64,000 nt of DNA, from the NCBI RefSeq assembly GCF_049075655.1, contig NZ_CP157522.1:416001-480000 (forward strand). The letters are read 5' to 3'. A program made the translations under genes and the position numbers. This DNA is from Methanothermococcus sp. Ax23 (GTDB lineage: Archaea > AGJL01 > Methanococci > Methanococcales > Methanococcaceae). The notes beneath the pieces were generated by a model. It saw nothing but the letters and a program-made list of their open reading frames with translations. It was not told where the DNA came from and ran no database searches. This document shows, piece after piece, positions 44,860 through 55,072 of this stretch; within the stretch, counting starts at the first letter, position 1; each line of letters begins with the position of its first letter.

Positions 44860-45216
44860 TTAATCCCCTTGAACATCCATCATATGGAACCTATAATATC
44901 TTGTGAATCCACAATTTCTACATCTTACATACATGCCAGAATCCGTAATTAATATATCCTGAGGAGCATATTTTTCACAATTATAACATTTTGCATTTTT
45001 CTCTAAAACCCAATTATCGTATTTTCCTTTTTTATTTTTTTCAAGTTCTACAATATTATCCTCTTCCACTCCCACTTTTTTTAAAATATAATATCTCGTA
45101 GCTCCACAGTTGGAACACTTCACAAATGCCTGATTGGGGTATATTTCAATTATCTGGTCAACGACCTCCCCACAATTATAACATTTTGTGCTATACTTTA
45201 AACACCATTTATCCAT
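44860..45216 (-). CDS. small tandem zinc-ribbon protein
   Basis: Two repeats of W.L....KCYNC...V.C.NCG.TRYY. Confidence 0.75.
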   Translation of the reverse strand: MDKWCLKYSTKCYNCGEVVDQIIEIYPNQAFVKCSNCGATRYYILKKVGVEEDNIVELEKNKKGKYDNWVLEKNAKCYNCEKYAPQDILITDSGMYVRCRNCGFTRYYRFHMMDVQGD

Positions 45217-45352
45217 ATTTCCCCTCCTAACATATCATTGTTCATCTCATTACCTTACTACTATATTTTATTACCATAATATATTTGTCTTGTTTAAATA
45301 TAATAGTTAGTATTGAAACTAAATTTTACAGGTTTTTCTCACGATTATTATT

Positions 45353-45964
45353 TTATGACTTAATTTTTGATTTTAGGACGTTTAAATTTTCCAGAACTAT
45401 CTTATTGACTTCTTCATATATGCTCTTTCCATTTGCATCCATTGCAACCATCAATGGTCCAAAATCCTTAACTTCGAGCTCCCATATTGCCTCGGGCATT
45501 CCGAGCTCAGGGTGATGAACATTTTTTACTTCAACTATGGAATTTGCAAGTAATGCCGCACACCCGCCAGGTGCTGCAAGATAAACTACGCCATGTTCTT
45601 TAAAAATATCTAACAACTCTGTTTTCATCCCTCCCTTCCCTACTATTGCTGATATTCCGGTTATTTTAATGAATTCTGCTTCTACCTCGTTCATCCTTGC
45701 CGATGTTGTCGGACCTATTGCCACGCATTTCCATTTATTATTTTCTTTTTTCATAATAGGTCCTGCATGATATATTACCCCATTTTTCAATTTTTTTACG
45801 ATATTATCGTCATCATTATTCTCCTCAGCATTCTGCATGTTTTCCTCTATGATGGTTATATGTGCTTCATCCCTGCCAGTATATACCGTCCCATTTAAAT
45901 AAACTATATCTCCGACCTTTAATTTCTTTATAGTATTCTTTGAAATAGGGGTTTCCAATCTCAA
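45353..45964 (-). CDS. Fe-S fumarate/tartrate hydratase beta subunit
   Basis: LKVGDIVYLNG, TGRDEAH, HAGP, GPTTSARM, GKGGM, GMPEAIW; TTG start. Confidence 0.92.
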   Translation of the reverse strand: MRLETPISKNTIKKLKVGDIVYLNGTVYTGRDEAHITIIEENMQNAEENNDDDNIVKKLKNGVIYHAGPIMKKENNKWKCVAIGPTTSARMNEVEAEFIKITGISAIVGKGGMKTELLDIFKEHGVVYLAAPGGCAALLANSIVEVKNVHHPELGMPEAIWELEVKDFGPLMVAMDANGKSIYEEVNKIVLENLNVLKSKIKS

Positions 45965-46028
45965 AATATCACCATGCTGTTCTATATATTAATATTATAT
46001 TCCAATAGTATAAATATTTCTTTTTAAG

Positions 46029-46565
46029 TTATATAAATTTGAGTATAATCAAATTTATTAGGAAACCAAAAAATGTCCCAAGAGCTACTTGCAAAACTGT
46101 ATGTTTTTTTAGATATAAACGGGACCATATTGTCAATATCAAAAATACTGTATAGCATGTTATTAAGAATAACAATAAGTAAAAATTAGCATCAGTATAT
46201 TTTAATAAATATACCAATAGCATTATTAATGTGGATAATCCATAACAATGCATACTAATTTTCCAAAATGAAGTGATTACTAAAATAAAAACAACATTTA
46301 TCAAAAATACCTTGGAGTAGAAATCATTGATAATATAACCTATAATAACTCCATAAATTGCCAATAGGACTAATGGAATTATCCGATGATTCCTATCTTC
46401 AATATCCCACTTTTGACCACTTAATTTTGCAGATGATAACCATATTACACAGGGAATAACTGCCAACATTATTAATTCAAATACATTGTTTATAGTGGCT
46501 ACCAATGTAATTACCAACAAAAATGGAAACATATAAGATATGAATTCTGCAAATTTCGATTTCAT
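46029..46565 (-). CDS. PAP2-like integral membrane protein
   Basis: WKISMH and WSRLYLKKHT..QV..G motifs, multiple TMs. Confidence 0.6.
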   Translation of the reverse strand: MKSKFAEFISYMFPFLLVITLVATINNVFELIMLAVIPCVIWLSSAKLSGQKWDIEDRNHRIIPLVLLAIYGVIIGYIINDFYSKVFLINVVFILVITSFWKISMHCYGLSTLIMLLVYLLKYTDANFYLLLFLITCYTVFLILTIWSRLYLKKHTVLQVALGTFFGFLINLIILKFI

Positions 46566-46624
46566 AATATCCCATTGATAAAATTAACATAACTCATAAA
46601 TGATAATATTAATGATAATTAATG

Positions 46625-46673
46625 AAATCGCTTACAGTGTAAGCGAGCATTGAAATTGCGAAGCATTTGTCTA
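46625..46673 (-). repeat. two-hairpin mini-element (TTAGAC-hairpin-CTCGCTT..AAGCGATT family)
   Basis: Reverse complement TTAGACAAATGC-TTC-GCA..TGCTCGCTTAC-ACT-GTAAGCGATT; same layout as 59886 and 62407. Confidence 0.75.
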
Positions 46674-46726
46674 ATAATATAGTATATTTGAACTATTGTA
46701 TATATAAATTATAATATGGAGATATC

Positions 46727-47701
46727 ATGATAACGCGACCAAGAAGATTAAGGGCAAATCAGAAAATAAGGGACCTAGTTAGAGAAACCACCTTAACGAA
46801 AAATGATTTAATAATGCCACTATTTATTGATGAAAACCTAAATGCAGGAGATAAAAAAGAAATTCCTTCAATGCCAAATCAATATAGATTTAGTATAGAT
46901 GGAGTTGTTGAAGAGTGTAAGGAGATGGCAGATTTAGGCATTCCTGCGGTAATACTTTTTGGAATTCCAAAATATAAAGATGAAGTTGCCTCTTCCGCAT
47001 ACGATAAAAATGGAGTAATTCAAACATCCATAAGAAAGATAAAGGATGAGCTCGGAGATGAGCTCCTTGTTATAGCGGATACCTGTTTGTGTGAATACAC
47101 ATCCCATGGACATTGTGGGATAATTGAAAATAATAAGGTTTTGAATGACGAAACCCTTGAAATACTTTCAAAAATAGCTCTATCCTATGCTGAAAGCGGA
47201 GTTGATATTGTTGCCCCCTCAGATATGATGGATGGAAGAGTTGGAAAAATAAGGGAAATCCTGGAAGAAAATAATTATAAGGATGTAGCAATTATGAGCT
47301 ACGCCGCAAAATATGCATCCTCATTTTACGGACCATTTAGGGATGCTGCAGAGAGCTCTCCAAAATCATCCATAAAAGATAGAAAAACATATCAGATGGA
47401 TTATGGAAATTCAAGGGAAGCCCTGAGAGAAATTGAATTAGACATAAAAGAAGGGGCAGATATGATACTCGTTAAACCTGCACTTCCATATTTGGATATT
47501 TTAAAAATGGCTAAGGAGAACTTCAACATACCAATTGGTGGATACTGCGTAAGTGGGGAATATTCTATGATTGAAGCTGCTGCTCAAAAGGGATGGTTAA
47601 ATAGAAAGGAAGCAATTATGGAAACTCTATTGAGTATAAAAAGGGCAGGAGCAGATTTTATAATTACATATTGGGCAAAAGAAGTTGCGGAATATCTTTA
47701 A
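46727..47701 (+). CDS. hemB: porphobilinogen synthase
   Basis: [43 protein letters not shown]. Confidence 0.98.
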   Translation: MITRPRRLRANQKIRDLVRETTLTKNDLIMPLFIDENLNAGDKKEIPSMPNQYRFSIDGVVEECKEMADLGIPAVILFGIPKYKDEVASSAYDKNGVIQTSIRKIKDELGDELLVIADTCLCEYTSHGHCGIIENNKVLNDETLEILSKIALSYAESGVDIVAPSDMMDGRVGKIREILEENNYKDVAIMSYAAKYASSFYGPFRDAAESSPKSSIKDRKTYQMDYGNSREALREIELDIKEGADMILVKPALPYLDILKMAKENFNIPIGGYCVSGEYSMIEAAAQKGWLNRKEAIMETLLSIKRAGADFIITYWAKEVAEYL

Positions 47702-47843
47702 TATATCTTAAATACATTAAGCAATCATCTAAAAATTTATATACTATGTATTATAATTAATTATAGAACTTCATTGAGCGAAAACTTTTTTCGTTGAAAA
47801 ATTACAACAAAGAAAAGTGTAAAAAAACATTTAAATAGGTGAT

Positions 47844-48242
47844 ATGATGCCAGGAACAAAACCAGTAGAATTAGGTTCATTAAAAGAAGGACAGTACATT
47901 ATGATAGATGATGTGCCATGTAAAATCGTAAATATTACAAAATCAAAACCTGGAAAACACGGTGGAGCTAAGGCAAGAATTACTGCAATAGGTATTTTCG
48001 AACCAGTTAAAAAAGAAATCGTAGGACCTACCTCTTCAAGAGCTGATGTTCCAATCATTGACAAGAGAAAAGGACAGGTTTTAGCAATTATGGGAGACCA
48101 AGTTCAAATTATGGATATGGAAACCTATGAAACCTTAGAAATCCCAATGCCTGATGATGTAGAAGGATTAGACAGCGGTGTTGAAGTAGAATACTTCGAA
48201 GCTGTTGGAAGATACAAAATTACAAGAGTTATAAGCAAATAA
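47844..48242 (+). CDS. eif5a: translation factor aIF5A
   Basis: Hypusine motif KSKPGKHGGAK. Confidence 0.97.
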   Translation: MMPGTKPVELGSLKEGQYIMIDDVPCKIVNITKSKPGKHGGAKARITAIGIFEPVKKEIVGPTSSRADVPIIDKRKGQVLAIMGDQVQIMDMETYETLEIPMPDDVEGLDSGVEVEYFEAVGRYKITRVISK

Positions 48243-48300
48243 TTTAATTTTAATTTATATTACTTTTTTTATTAATGATATTCACTCTTGGAGCATGTCA

Positions 48301-49236
48301 TCAGAACATTAAATAATAAACTACCAAATAAATAACTAAAAACACAAATACGACTATATCAATAGCTTTTAAAGAATTATATGCTTTATCAATATCTATT
48401 TTACCGCAACCAAGTTTGTAGCATCCTATTTTTTCAAGAGTCATATTTAATCCATTGGAAAGGGTAGCCATGGTGTATCCAGAGTTTGGAGATGGTGTTT
48501 TATACCCTTCCTTTAAAAATCCATATAGTGCTTTTTTTGCACTTCCTCCATAAAGTGGTGCAGAAATAATTAATAAAATTCCAGCAATACGGGATGGAAT
48601 AAAATTAAGCAAATCATCCAAACGAGCCGCAAACTTTCCATAATATTCGTATTTTTCATTCCTATATCCAAGCATGGCATCCATCGTATTTACAGCTCGG
48701 TATATAAATGCACCGGGAAGACCAAATAAAGCTGCATAAAATAGTGGAGCTATAATGCTATCGGTAATATTTTCTGATGCACTTTCAATTGACGCCGATA
48801 AAATGTGCTCTTCATCCAATTTTGACGCGTCCCTACTTACAATACATTGAACAGATTTTCTCGCATTCTCCAAATCATTATTTTTTAAATAGTCTATTGG
48901 TTTTTTTGAAAAACTTAAAAGAGATTTATAGCCAATTGCCGTTGAAAGAATAAATGAATATGCAATATATTTTACAATAGCATAATTATTGGGTATTTTA
49001 TTGATAGCAGTTTCAATGGAGTAAGATGCTATAAAAACAACAATTACAACAGATAATACAGTTAAAACTCCAAAAACAAAATCTCTAATCTTATTTTTTG
49101 AATATGTTGATTTAAATAATTTTTCAAAAAAATAAATGAGATTTCCAATCCACACAACAGGATGAATTTTTTCCGGGAGCTCCCCCAATATCCTGTCAAA
49201 TAAAATAGATATAATTAATATAATTGGATTAATCAT
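48301..49236 (-). CDS. cbiB: adenosylcobinamide-phosphate synthase CbiB/CobD
   Basis: HPVVWIG, IVSRD, ESASEN..DSIIAP, YRAVNTMDAMLGY, SPNSG. Confidence 0.93.
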   Translation of the reverse strand: MINPIILIISILFDRILGELPEKIHPVVWIGNLIYFFEKLFKSTYSKNKIRDFVFGVLTVLSVVIVVFIASYSIETAINKIPNNYAIVKYIAYSFILSTAIGYKSLLSFSKKPIDYLKNNDLENARKSVQCIVSRDASKLDEEHILSASIESASENITDSIIAPLFYAALFGLPGAFIYRAVNTMDAMLGYRNEKYEYYGKFAARLDDLLNFIPSRIAGILLIISAPLYGGSAKKALYGFLKEGYKTPSPNSGYTMATLSNGLNMTLEKIGCYKLGCGKIDIDKAYNSLKAIDIVVFVFLVIYLVVYYLMF

Positions 49237-49272
49237 AATCTCACAAATTTTTATTAATTTTTAAATTTTAAA

Positions 49273-50718
49273 TTACAGTTTTCCAAGGGCATCAAGGAAT
49301 TTTTTTGTCCTATCTTTTTTGATTTTGTTGTATTTTTCCAGCTTTTTAATATCTATGCCTTTATTTTCCAAAACTGATTTTAAATCATCGATTGGAGCCA
49401 TGCTTTTTAAAACCTCTTCAACATCCTCTTTATTATAGTCAAACTGTTGAACAATTTCCCAATCATGAATCAAATACAATGCTGCTCCACCAATGTTTTT
49501 TAATGGTATATTGTATTTTGGGAGCTCCCTTTCAAGTAAAAATTTTAAATCAAGGACATCCAACGCATTTATTCCCTCAACTATCATCCATTTTAAATTA
49601 ACCTTTGAAGGAGTAATAAGTATGGATGGGAACATGTTTGACCGAGCTCTTTCATCAGGGGAGTTATATAAATAATATTTAAATAAATCCTGTGAGAAAT
49701 ATTTTATCGGAATTTTGAAACACAGTTCTTCTGAAATTGTTTTCTCCACATCAAGAGATACCCTAAGTTCCTCTATTGGCCTTCCGTGCTTATAAAGTCC
49801 CAATTTTTCCATTTCTTCTTTCATCTTTAACTTCTTTATTTTTAACTCATCCAAGACTCTAACATCAATTGCTCCTCCTTCAACCTCATCTCCTTCAAAA
49901 TCCACCATGATATTTTTATATTTATCAATTAAATCCCTCTGATGAGAAGATAGTAGTTTTTTTAATTTTTTCTCTATCTCTGCCTCTATTTCATCCTTGT
50001 ATGTCATAAGATAAACTAGTGCCAGAGTTTTTTTTACATAACTATCATTCAATAATTTATTTTTTGAATAATTTTTTTTCAAGGAAGTTATCAATGCATC
50101 GCCATAATTTTTTCTAATATATCCTTCATAGTCCTCATCTTCTATCTTTACCCGTTTAAACTTCCTTTTTCCATTTTCCATTACGATTAATGTCATTGTT
50201 ATAGAGCTTAAAACTCCCTTACCTTCGGATTCAAACATATTTAAAAGTTTTTTATAGGTATTAATAAAAAGGGGCGGCATATTCAATAGTAATTCCTTAT
50301 GAGAGCCATCATAAGGTAAAAAATATATTATCTTTTTATTTCCCGCAGACTCTTGTAAATGTCCCAATGCTATTTTATGAGATATTATGGCATATTTTAC
50401 TCTTTCCAATGCTCCTTTTTTCTCATCAACCATCCTTCTAAGGTAGGACGAATATGTTTTTATTTCATAAATATCACTTTCATCACTGCCTTTTAATTTT
50501 CCCACGCCAATAAATGGAGTATCAAACCCTTGCAACTCCATTTTTTCCTTTAAATCTTCTAAAATCTCTAAATTTTTGTTTAATTTTATTACCAGTTCCT
50601 TATATGTGGTATTGTCTAAGTATAAATTTTTTAAAAATTTTAAGTGCATTTCCTCTCTAAATTTTAACAATTCATCCAAAAATTCGTTGCATCTTTTTAT
50701 TAAAACACTGCTATCCAT
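49273..50718 (-). CDS. conserved archaeal protein (DUF530-like)
   Basis: Long ORF with KKGALERVKYAIISHKIALG and ERARSNMFPSILITP; family assigned from memory. Confidence 0.6.
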   Translation of the reverse strand: MDSSVLIKRCNEFLDELLKFREEMHLKFLKNLYLDNTTYKELVIKLNKNLEILEDLKEKMELQGFDTPFIGVGKLKGSDESDIYEIKTYSSYLRRMVDEKKGALERVKYAIISHKIALGHLQESAGNKKIIYFLPYDGSHKELLLNMPPLFINTYKKLLNMFESEGKGVLSSITMTLIVMENGKRKFKRVKIEDEDYEGYIRKNYGDALITSLKKNYSKNKLLNDSYVKKTLALVYLMTYKDEIEAEIEKKLKKLLSSHQRDLIDKYKNIMVDFEGDEVEGGAIDVRVLDELKIKKLKMKEEMEKLGLYKHGRPIEELRVSLDVEKTISEELCFKIPIKYFSQDLFKYYLYNSPDERARSNMFPSILITPSKVNLKWMIVEGINALDVLDLKFLLERELPKYNIPLKNIGGAALYLIHDWEIVQQFDYNKEDVEEVLKSMAPIDDLKSVLENKGIDIKKLEKYNKIKKDRTKKFLDALGKL

Positions 50719-50837
50719 ACTTTCACATGCATGTTAAAAATACCGGATAAATATAAATCGTTAGTAAAATGTTTAGAAACGGAGCTCCCATAGGGAAGCT
50801 GTGTAATGTATATAGTATATAAAAAATATAAATATAT

Positions 50838-50999
50838 TTATTTATTTCCAACTGATTTTTTTAACATCCTTCTATATTTCCCATATTTATCCTCTATTGA
50901 GTACCTAGGGGGCTTAACTGTTATGGTTTTTTCGTTGCATTCATTGCAAAAATCCTTTAATGTGTATTTTCCACATTTTGGACATTTTCTCATACGCAA
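50838..50999 (-). CDS. nop10: H/ACA RNP protein Nop10
   Basis: Below the ORF-track cutoff; MRMRKCPKCGKYTLKDFCNEC..PPRYSIEDKYGKYRR, directly downstream of aIF2 alpha. Confidence 0.93.
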   Translation of the reverse strand: MRMRKCPKCGKYTLKDFCNECNEKTITVKPPRYSIEDKYGKYRRMLKKSVGNK

Positions 51000-51032
51000 A
51001 ATATCGCCTTTTTATTATTTATTAATTATTAA

Positions 51033-51824
51033 TTAACTGCTTTCCCTAACGAAACTACCTTCTCCACCTTTATATTTTTTAATGTAATCTATGGCAGCAT
51101 TTGCAACAGTTTTCAATACCTCCTCACCACTCTTATAATCGGGGGAGAGAATTTCTATTCTATATTTCGGAGCTCCGATATATTTAATATCTACCTTAAC
51201 ATCCTCATAAGGATTAGACTTTAAAGCCTTTTTAAGTGCATTCTTAATTACTTTAATGCCATCAGGTTCTGCGGTCGTCAAAGTTAAAATACCATCTACC
51301 TTAACATTTGTTAGCTCAATATTTTCCTTTGCTACTTCATATAATGCATTCGCCCACTCTTCTGAAATTCCAAGTTCTTCTAAAACTTCTTTTCCCTCTA
51401 TGATGATATATTCTAGTGCCTCGTAAAGTTCCCCAAATTCTTCTTCCAATGCATATCCTACTTCTTCCCATGATTCTTCAAGGGATTTTCCAAGTTTCGC
51501 ACCTGCAAATTCAAGTAATTTTTCAGCCCTTTGGAGCCTCTTCCATTCTTGAATTTTCGCCTTTTTTTGCTGGTCGGTAACTCTTTTTAATGAAAGGTCT
51601 ATCTGTCCTTTTCTTTTATTTACTCTCATTACCTTTGCCACAACTCGCTGACCTTTTTTAACAAAATCCCTTATACTCTTAACCCATCCGGAAGATACCT
51701 CCGAGATATGCACCATTCCCTCTTTTTTAGGATAATCTAATAACTCTACAAACGCACCAAATGGTTTGACATCAATAACTGTGCCTATGACAATTTCCCC
51801 TTCGTCTGGAAAATCTTTTCTCAT
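51033..51824 (-). CDS. eif2a: translation initiation factor aIF2 alpha subunit
   Basis: S1 domain FPDEGEIV..GMVHISEV..IDLSLKRV; IGAPKYRI. Confidence 0.96.
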   Translation of the reverse strand: MRKDFPDEGEIVIGTVIDVKPFGAFVELLDYPKKEGMVHISEVSSGWVKSIRDFVKKGQRVVAKVMRVNKRKGQIDLSLKRVTDQQKKAKIQEWKRLQRAEKLLEFAGAKLGKSLEESWEEVGYALEEEFGELYEALEYIIIEGKEVLEELGISEEWANALYEVAKENIELTNVKVDGILTLTTAEPDGIKVIKNALKKALKSNPYEDVKVDIKYIGAPKYRIEILSPDYKSGEEVLKTVANAAIDYIKKYKGGEGSFVRESS

Positions 51825-52037
51825 AATTTCACCTGTAATAATTTTTTATAAATATAATATTTATATGTTATATATATAATGCATATATCAATTTTAAAAA
51901 ATTTATATATCAGTGTGTTATTTAAGAAGTTTAAAGTTAATCGGAGCTCGGAATAATATCGCATTACTATATATTTAAAAAAGAATATTCACCTGTTAAG
52001 TGGAAAAAATAAAATTTTTATTTATTTTATTATTTAA

Positions 52038-52892
52038 TTATTCAATCAATAACGAACCATATCCAACTACTGAGGAATAATCTCCTGTAATGTCTCCTGA
52101 TGTAGAATAAGATAGCAGCCTTGAATTTTTGGCACCCAACTCTTTCATTGCCTTAATCATGGCAATAACAGGACCATATCCGCACATTGTAATATTATTG
52201 TTAATTACATCAGCATATAACTCTTTTTCGTTCATATTTAATATGTCTTTTATCACTATTGCATCTTTTTTTGAAGCTACTTCTTGTGGTTCATAATGAG
52301 TAAAATCACTTGATGCTATAACAATTACTTTTTTATCCAACTCTTTTGATATTTTTGCTATGAAGTATCCAATTTCTACGGCAGTTTCATAATCTTGCAT
52401 CATCATACAAATAGGAACAATCCTAAACTTTACGGCATTTAAAAGTTCAAGATGCTGTAAGAATGGAATCTGAACTTCTATGGAGTGCTCCCTAAGGTGA
52501 GAAGTTTCATCTAAATCAATTACATCACACTCTTTCCAAAGCATGTCAATAAATTCATCATCTGTGTGCATATCACCCAACGGAGCTCTCCATATGCCCT
52601 TCATTGTAGAAACTCCTGAACCCAATCCAGTATGATTTGGACCGAGAACTACCGCAGTTATACTATCATCTATTTTTCTTGAAATGGCATTGTAAGAATG
52701 CGCTGCAACTGGTCCAGAATATAAATACCCTGCATGAGGACAGACTACTCCAATAGGCTTTTTAAATACGCCTTTTGAGGGAATAGTCCCAGGACCTAAT
52801 TTATGCAAATAACAATATTCTATCATTTCAACTAAATTATTTGGTTCTGCGGGATAGAATGCACCTGCAACAGCTGGATTTCTTATTATCAT
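52038..52892 (-). CDS. MEMO1-family (AmmeMemoRadiSam protein B)
   Basis: [43 protein letters not shown]. Confidence 0.93.
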   Translation of the reverse strand: MIIRNPAVAGAFYPAEPNNLVEMIEYCYLHKLGPGTIPSKGVFKKPIGVVCPHAGYLYSGPVAAHSYNAISRKIDDSITAVVLGPNHTGLGSGVSTMKGIWRAPLGDMHTDDEFIDMLWKECDVIDLDETSHLREHSIEVQIPFLQHLELLNAVKFRIVPICMMMQDYETAVEIGYFIAKISKELDKKVIVIASSDFTHYEPQEVASKKDAIVIKDILNMNEKELYADVINNNITMCGYGPVIAMIKAMKELGAKNSRLLSYSTSGDITGDYSSVVGYGSLLIE

Positions 52893-53149
52893 AATGACAC
52901 CCCCTTTATAAAAAATCTAAGTTGGTATTATATTGTTATTGAATCATTATTATATGAATATTGTTTTAATCATTATTTATCTTTTGCCGTTTAAAACTGT
53001 TTAGTTTTTTGTGAGTATTTGAGTGTATGGGAGCATTTAGTTTTCGAAATGTTTATATGGTGTTTTCATGCATAGTTTATAGTGTCAATCTAATCAACCC
53101 CAAGACTTTCCTAAACCTCTTTTAAACATGTTAAAACATCCAACAAATT

Positions 53150-53306
53150 GCCGAATTGATGGGTGGAGCTGGGGTCCCCATGACAGGGGAGGAGACTGAT
53201 GACATGCTCCCAATGAACCCAGAGGGAGATGAAGTTGATGACGCCCAAGTCCAATGTGAGCATTTACTAACCAACGCTCACATTGGACAGACCCCCTGAG
53301 TAAGTC
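53150..53306 (+). ncRNA. K-turn/C-D-motif-rich small RNA, possibly HgcC-like
   Basis: GC-rich island; TGATGA twice, terminal CTGA; stems CTCCC/GGGAG, 13-bp GTCCAATGTGAGC/GCTCACATTGGAC, GGGGTC/GACCCC; TTTAAA about 25 nt upstream. Confidence 0.6.
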
Positions 53307-53352
53307 CAACTATAAAAATACCAATATACTAGAAATTTTAAAATTCATTTAA

Positions 53353-54378
53353 TTAAAATCCCACATATATCATAATAGCTGCAATAATTAGGAGAATAAA
53401 CCACGTCAATATTGCAAAAATTGTTAATTTTTTCGCTTCTTCTTTTTTCCACCATCTATATGGCGAAATACCATAGAGGGCAAAAATAACACTTGAAGAT
53501 AGATTCACACAGATGATATTTATCAAAAATAACATCAATATTGGAATAGATTCAATAAAATACCCTGCTCCAAAAGTCAATCCAAAAGCTACCAAAGGGG
53601 GCAATAATGCAACTGCTATCATCACACCTACAACAACAGATGATATACCGGAAACTGTGGATAACGCCCCAACAATACCTGCACATAATGCTATTATAAT
53701 ATCTGCCACCCCTAAATTCATCCTCGATACTATTTGTGGATTTTTTAGAGATATTGGGAGAATATGTCCTAAAAAAACTGAAAGTAATATCACCAATCCA
53801 ATACCTAAAAACAAATTTTTTAGAGATTTTTTTGCCAACTCTTTGTCGGCAATTGACATAGAAAAGGATAACGCTATATTCGGGCTTAAAAGAGGGGCTA
53901 TAATCATAGATGCTATAATAATTGCAACATCGTCTTTCCATATGCCTATCGCTGCAACAATTGTGGATAATATTATCATTAAATAATATTCTTTTGGAGC
54001 ATATATTATCTCTGATACTTTATTATATATTTCCTGACGGCTCAGCCTCTCCAATTCTTGAATATTCCCTTTTATGGAGTTATTTTCAATACCCTCACCA
54101 ATTATTTCTTTTTCCTCTTTTTCTACTTTTTCCGTTATCTCAGGAATTGTGCTTTTAGGTTCAAAAACGATAATCCTAAATTTAGAACCTCCATATTCTT
54201 TATTCAGTTTATCCACTATCACTTCGGTGTTTTTTAATGTTGTGAGTATCTTTATAACCATAGAATTGTTTATCTCTTCCACATTATGCCATATAATGTC
54301 TTCATAATCCCCCAAAATTTTATCCATGCCTACAAAAATATGTTTTGGAATATAACACTCTATATATCTTAACTTCAA
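53353..54378 (-). CDS. TIGR00341/DUF389-family membrane protein
   Basis: IIIASMIIAPLLSP, VGVMIAVALLPP, FLINIICVNLS; TTG start. Confidence 0.85.
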   Translation of the reverse strand: MKLRYIECYIPKHIFVGMDKILGDYEDIIWHNVEEINNSMVIKILTTLKNTEVIVDKLNKEYGGSKFRIIVFEPKSTIPEITEKVEKEEKEIIGEGIENNSIKGNIQELERLSRQEIYNKVSEIIYAPKEYYLMIILSTIVAAIGIWKDDVAIIIASMIIAPLLSPNIALSFSMSIADKELAKKSLKNLFLGIGLVILLSVFLGHILPISLKNPQIVSRMNLGVADIIIALCAGIVGALSTVSGISSVVVGVMIAVALLPPLVAFGLTFGAGYFIESIPILMLFLINIICVNLSSSVIFALYGISPYRWWKKEEAKKLTIFAILTWFILLIIAAIMIYVGF

Positions 54379-54517
54379 AATATCCCCTTAATTATTTTAT
54401 AAATTTTAAGATGGTTATTGTATATGATATTATTTATAAAATATATAAATATATGGTTAAACGAAAAGTTTATATAGTAGAATATCTATTTTAGAGTATG
54501 CTCTGGTAAGTTAGAGT

Positions 54518-54592
54518 GGGCCCGTGGCCTAGTCTGGATACGGCACCGGCCTTCTAAGCCGGGGATCGGGGGTTCAAATCCCTCCGGGTCCG
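54518..54592 (+). tRNA. tRNA-Arg(TCT)
   Basis: GGGCCCG...CGGGTCC-G, anticodon arm CCGGC-CTTCTAA-GCCGG; promoter AAAAGTTTATATA near 54464. Confidence 0.97.
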
Positions 54593-54600
54593 CTAATATA

Positions 54601-54685
54601 TAGGTTCCATTCATCACTTCGTGATGAATGGATTTTGGATAGCAACCTTTTTTAAAGGTTGCGTTTAAATCCCTCCGGGTCCGTT
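54601..54685 (+). repeat. palindromic element followed by a duplicate of the tRNA-Arg 3' end
   Basis: TCCATTCATCAC-TTC-GTGATGAATGGA, GCAACCTTT-TTT-AAAGGTTGC, then GTTTAAATCCCTCCGGGTCCG (54663), copying 54572-54592. Confidence 0.85.
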
Positions 54686-54719
54686 TAATTATTACAAATT
54701 TCGTTTTATATTATATAGT

Positions 54720-54794
54720 GCTCCAGTGGTGTAGTCCGGCCAATCATGCGGGCCTTTCGAGCCCGCGACTCGGGTTCAAATCCCGGCTGGAGCA
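54720..54794 (+). tRNA. tRNA-Glu(TTC)
   Basis: GCTCCAG...CTGGAGC-A, anticodon arm CGGGC-CTTTCGA-GCCCG. Confidence 0.97.
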
Positions 54795-55072
54795 TTTTTA
54801 TTTTATAAGGATATATTTATTAATTTATATATACGATTCTTTTGGATTCATCAGTCTATTTCCCAAAATATTGCCAACAAACACCATATTTATAATTCCA
54901 TGCTCACACAACACCATATTAAGGTATGACTATTTTTGAAAAAATATAAATATGATTGACATATAACTACATAAGAAAATAATTAAATATTTTTTATACA
55001 GGTATTGATAATTTACTTCATTTTTTATCGGTATTACATATATACTTTTTTTACAAACATAAGAGGGATAGC

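Noticed and set aside
47776-47796. Weak hairpins at 47778, 50783 and 6595 as members of the triloop family
   Set aside because: Imperfect or short stems in AT-rich DNA; possibly decayed copies but not supportable individually.
53196-53235. Hammerhead ribozyme (CTGATGA..GAA)
   Set aside because: No GAAA after a correctly closed stem II and no stem I/III geometry; K-turn or C/D motifs fit better.
53094-53309. 71-aa minus-strand ORF
   Set aside because: Composition is atypical for this genome; it is explained by the GC-rich structured RNA candidate on the other strand.
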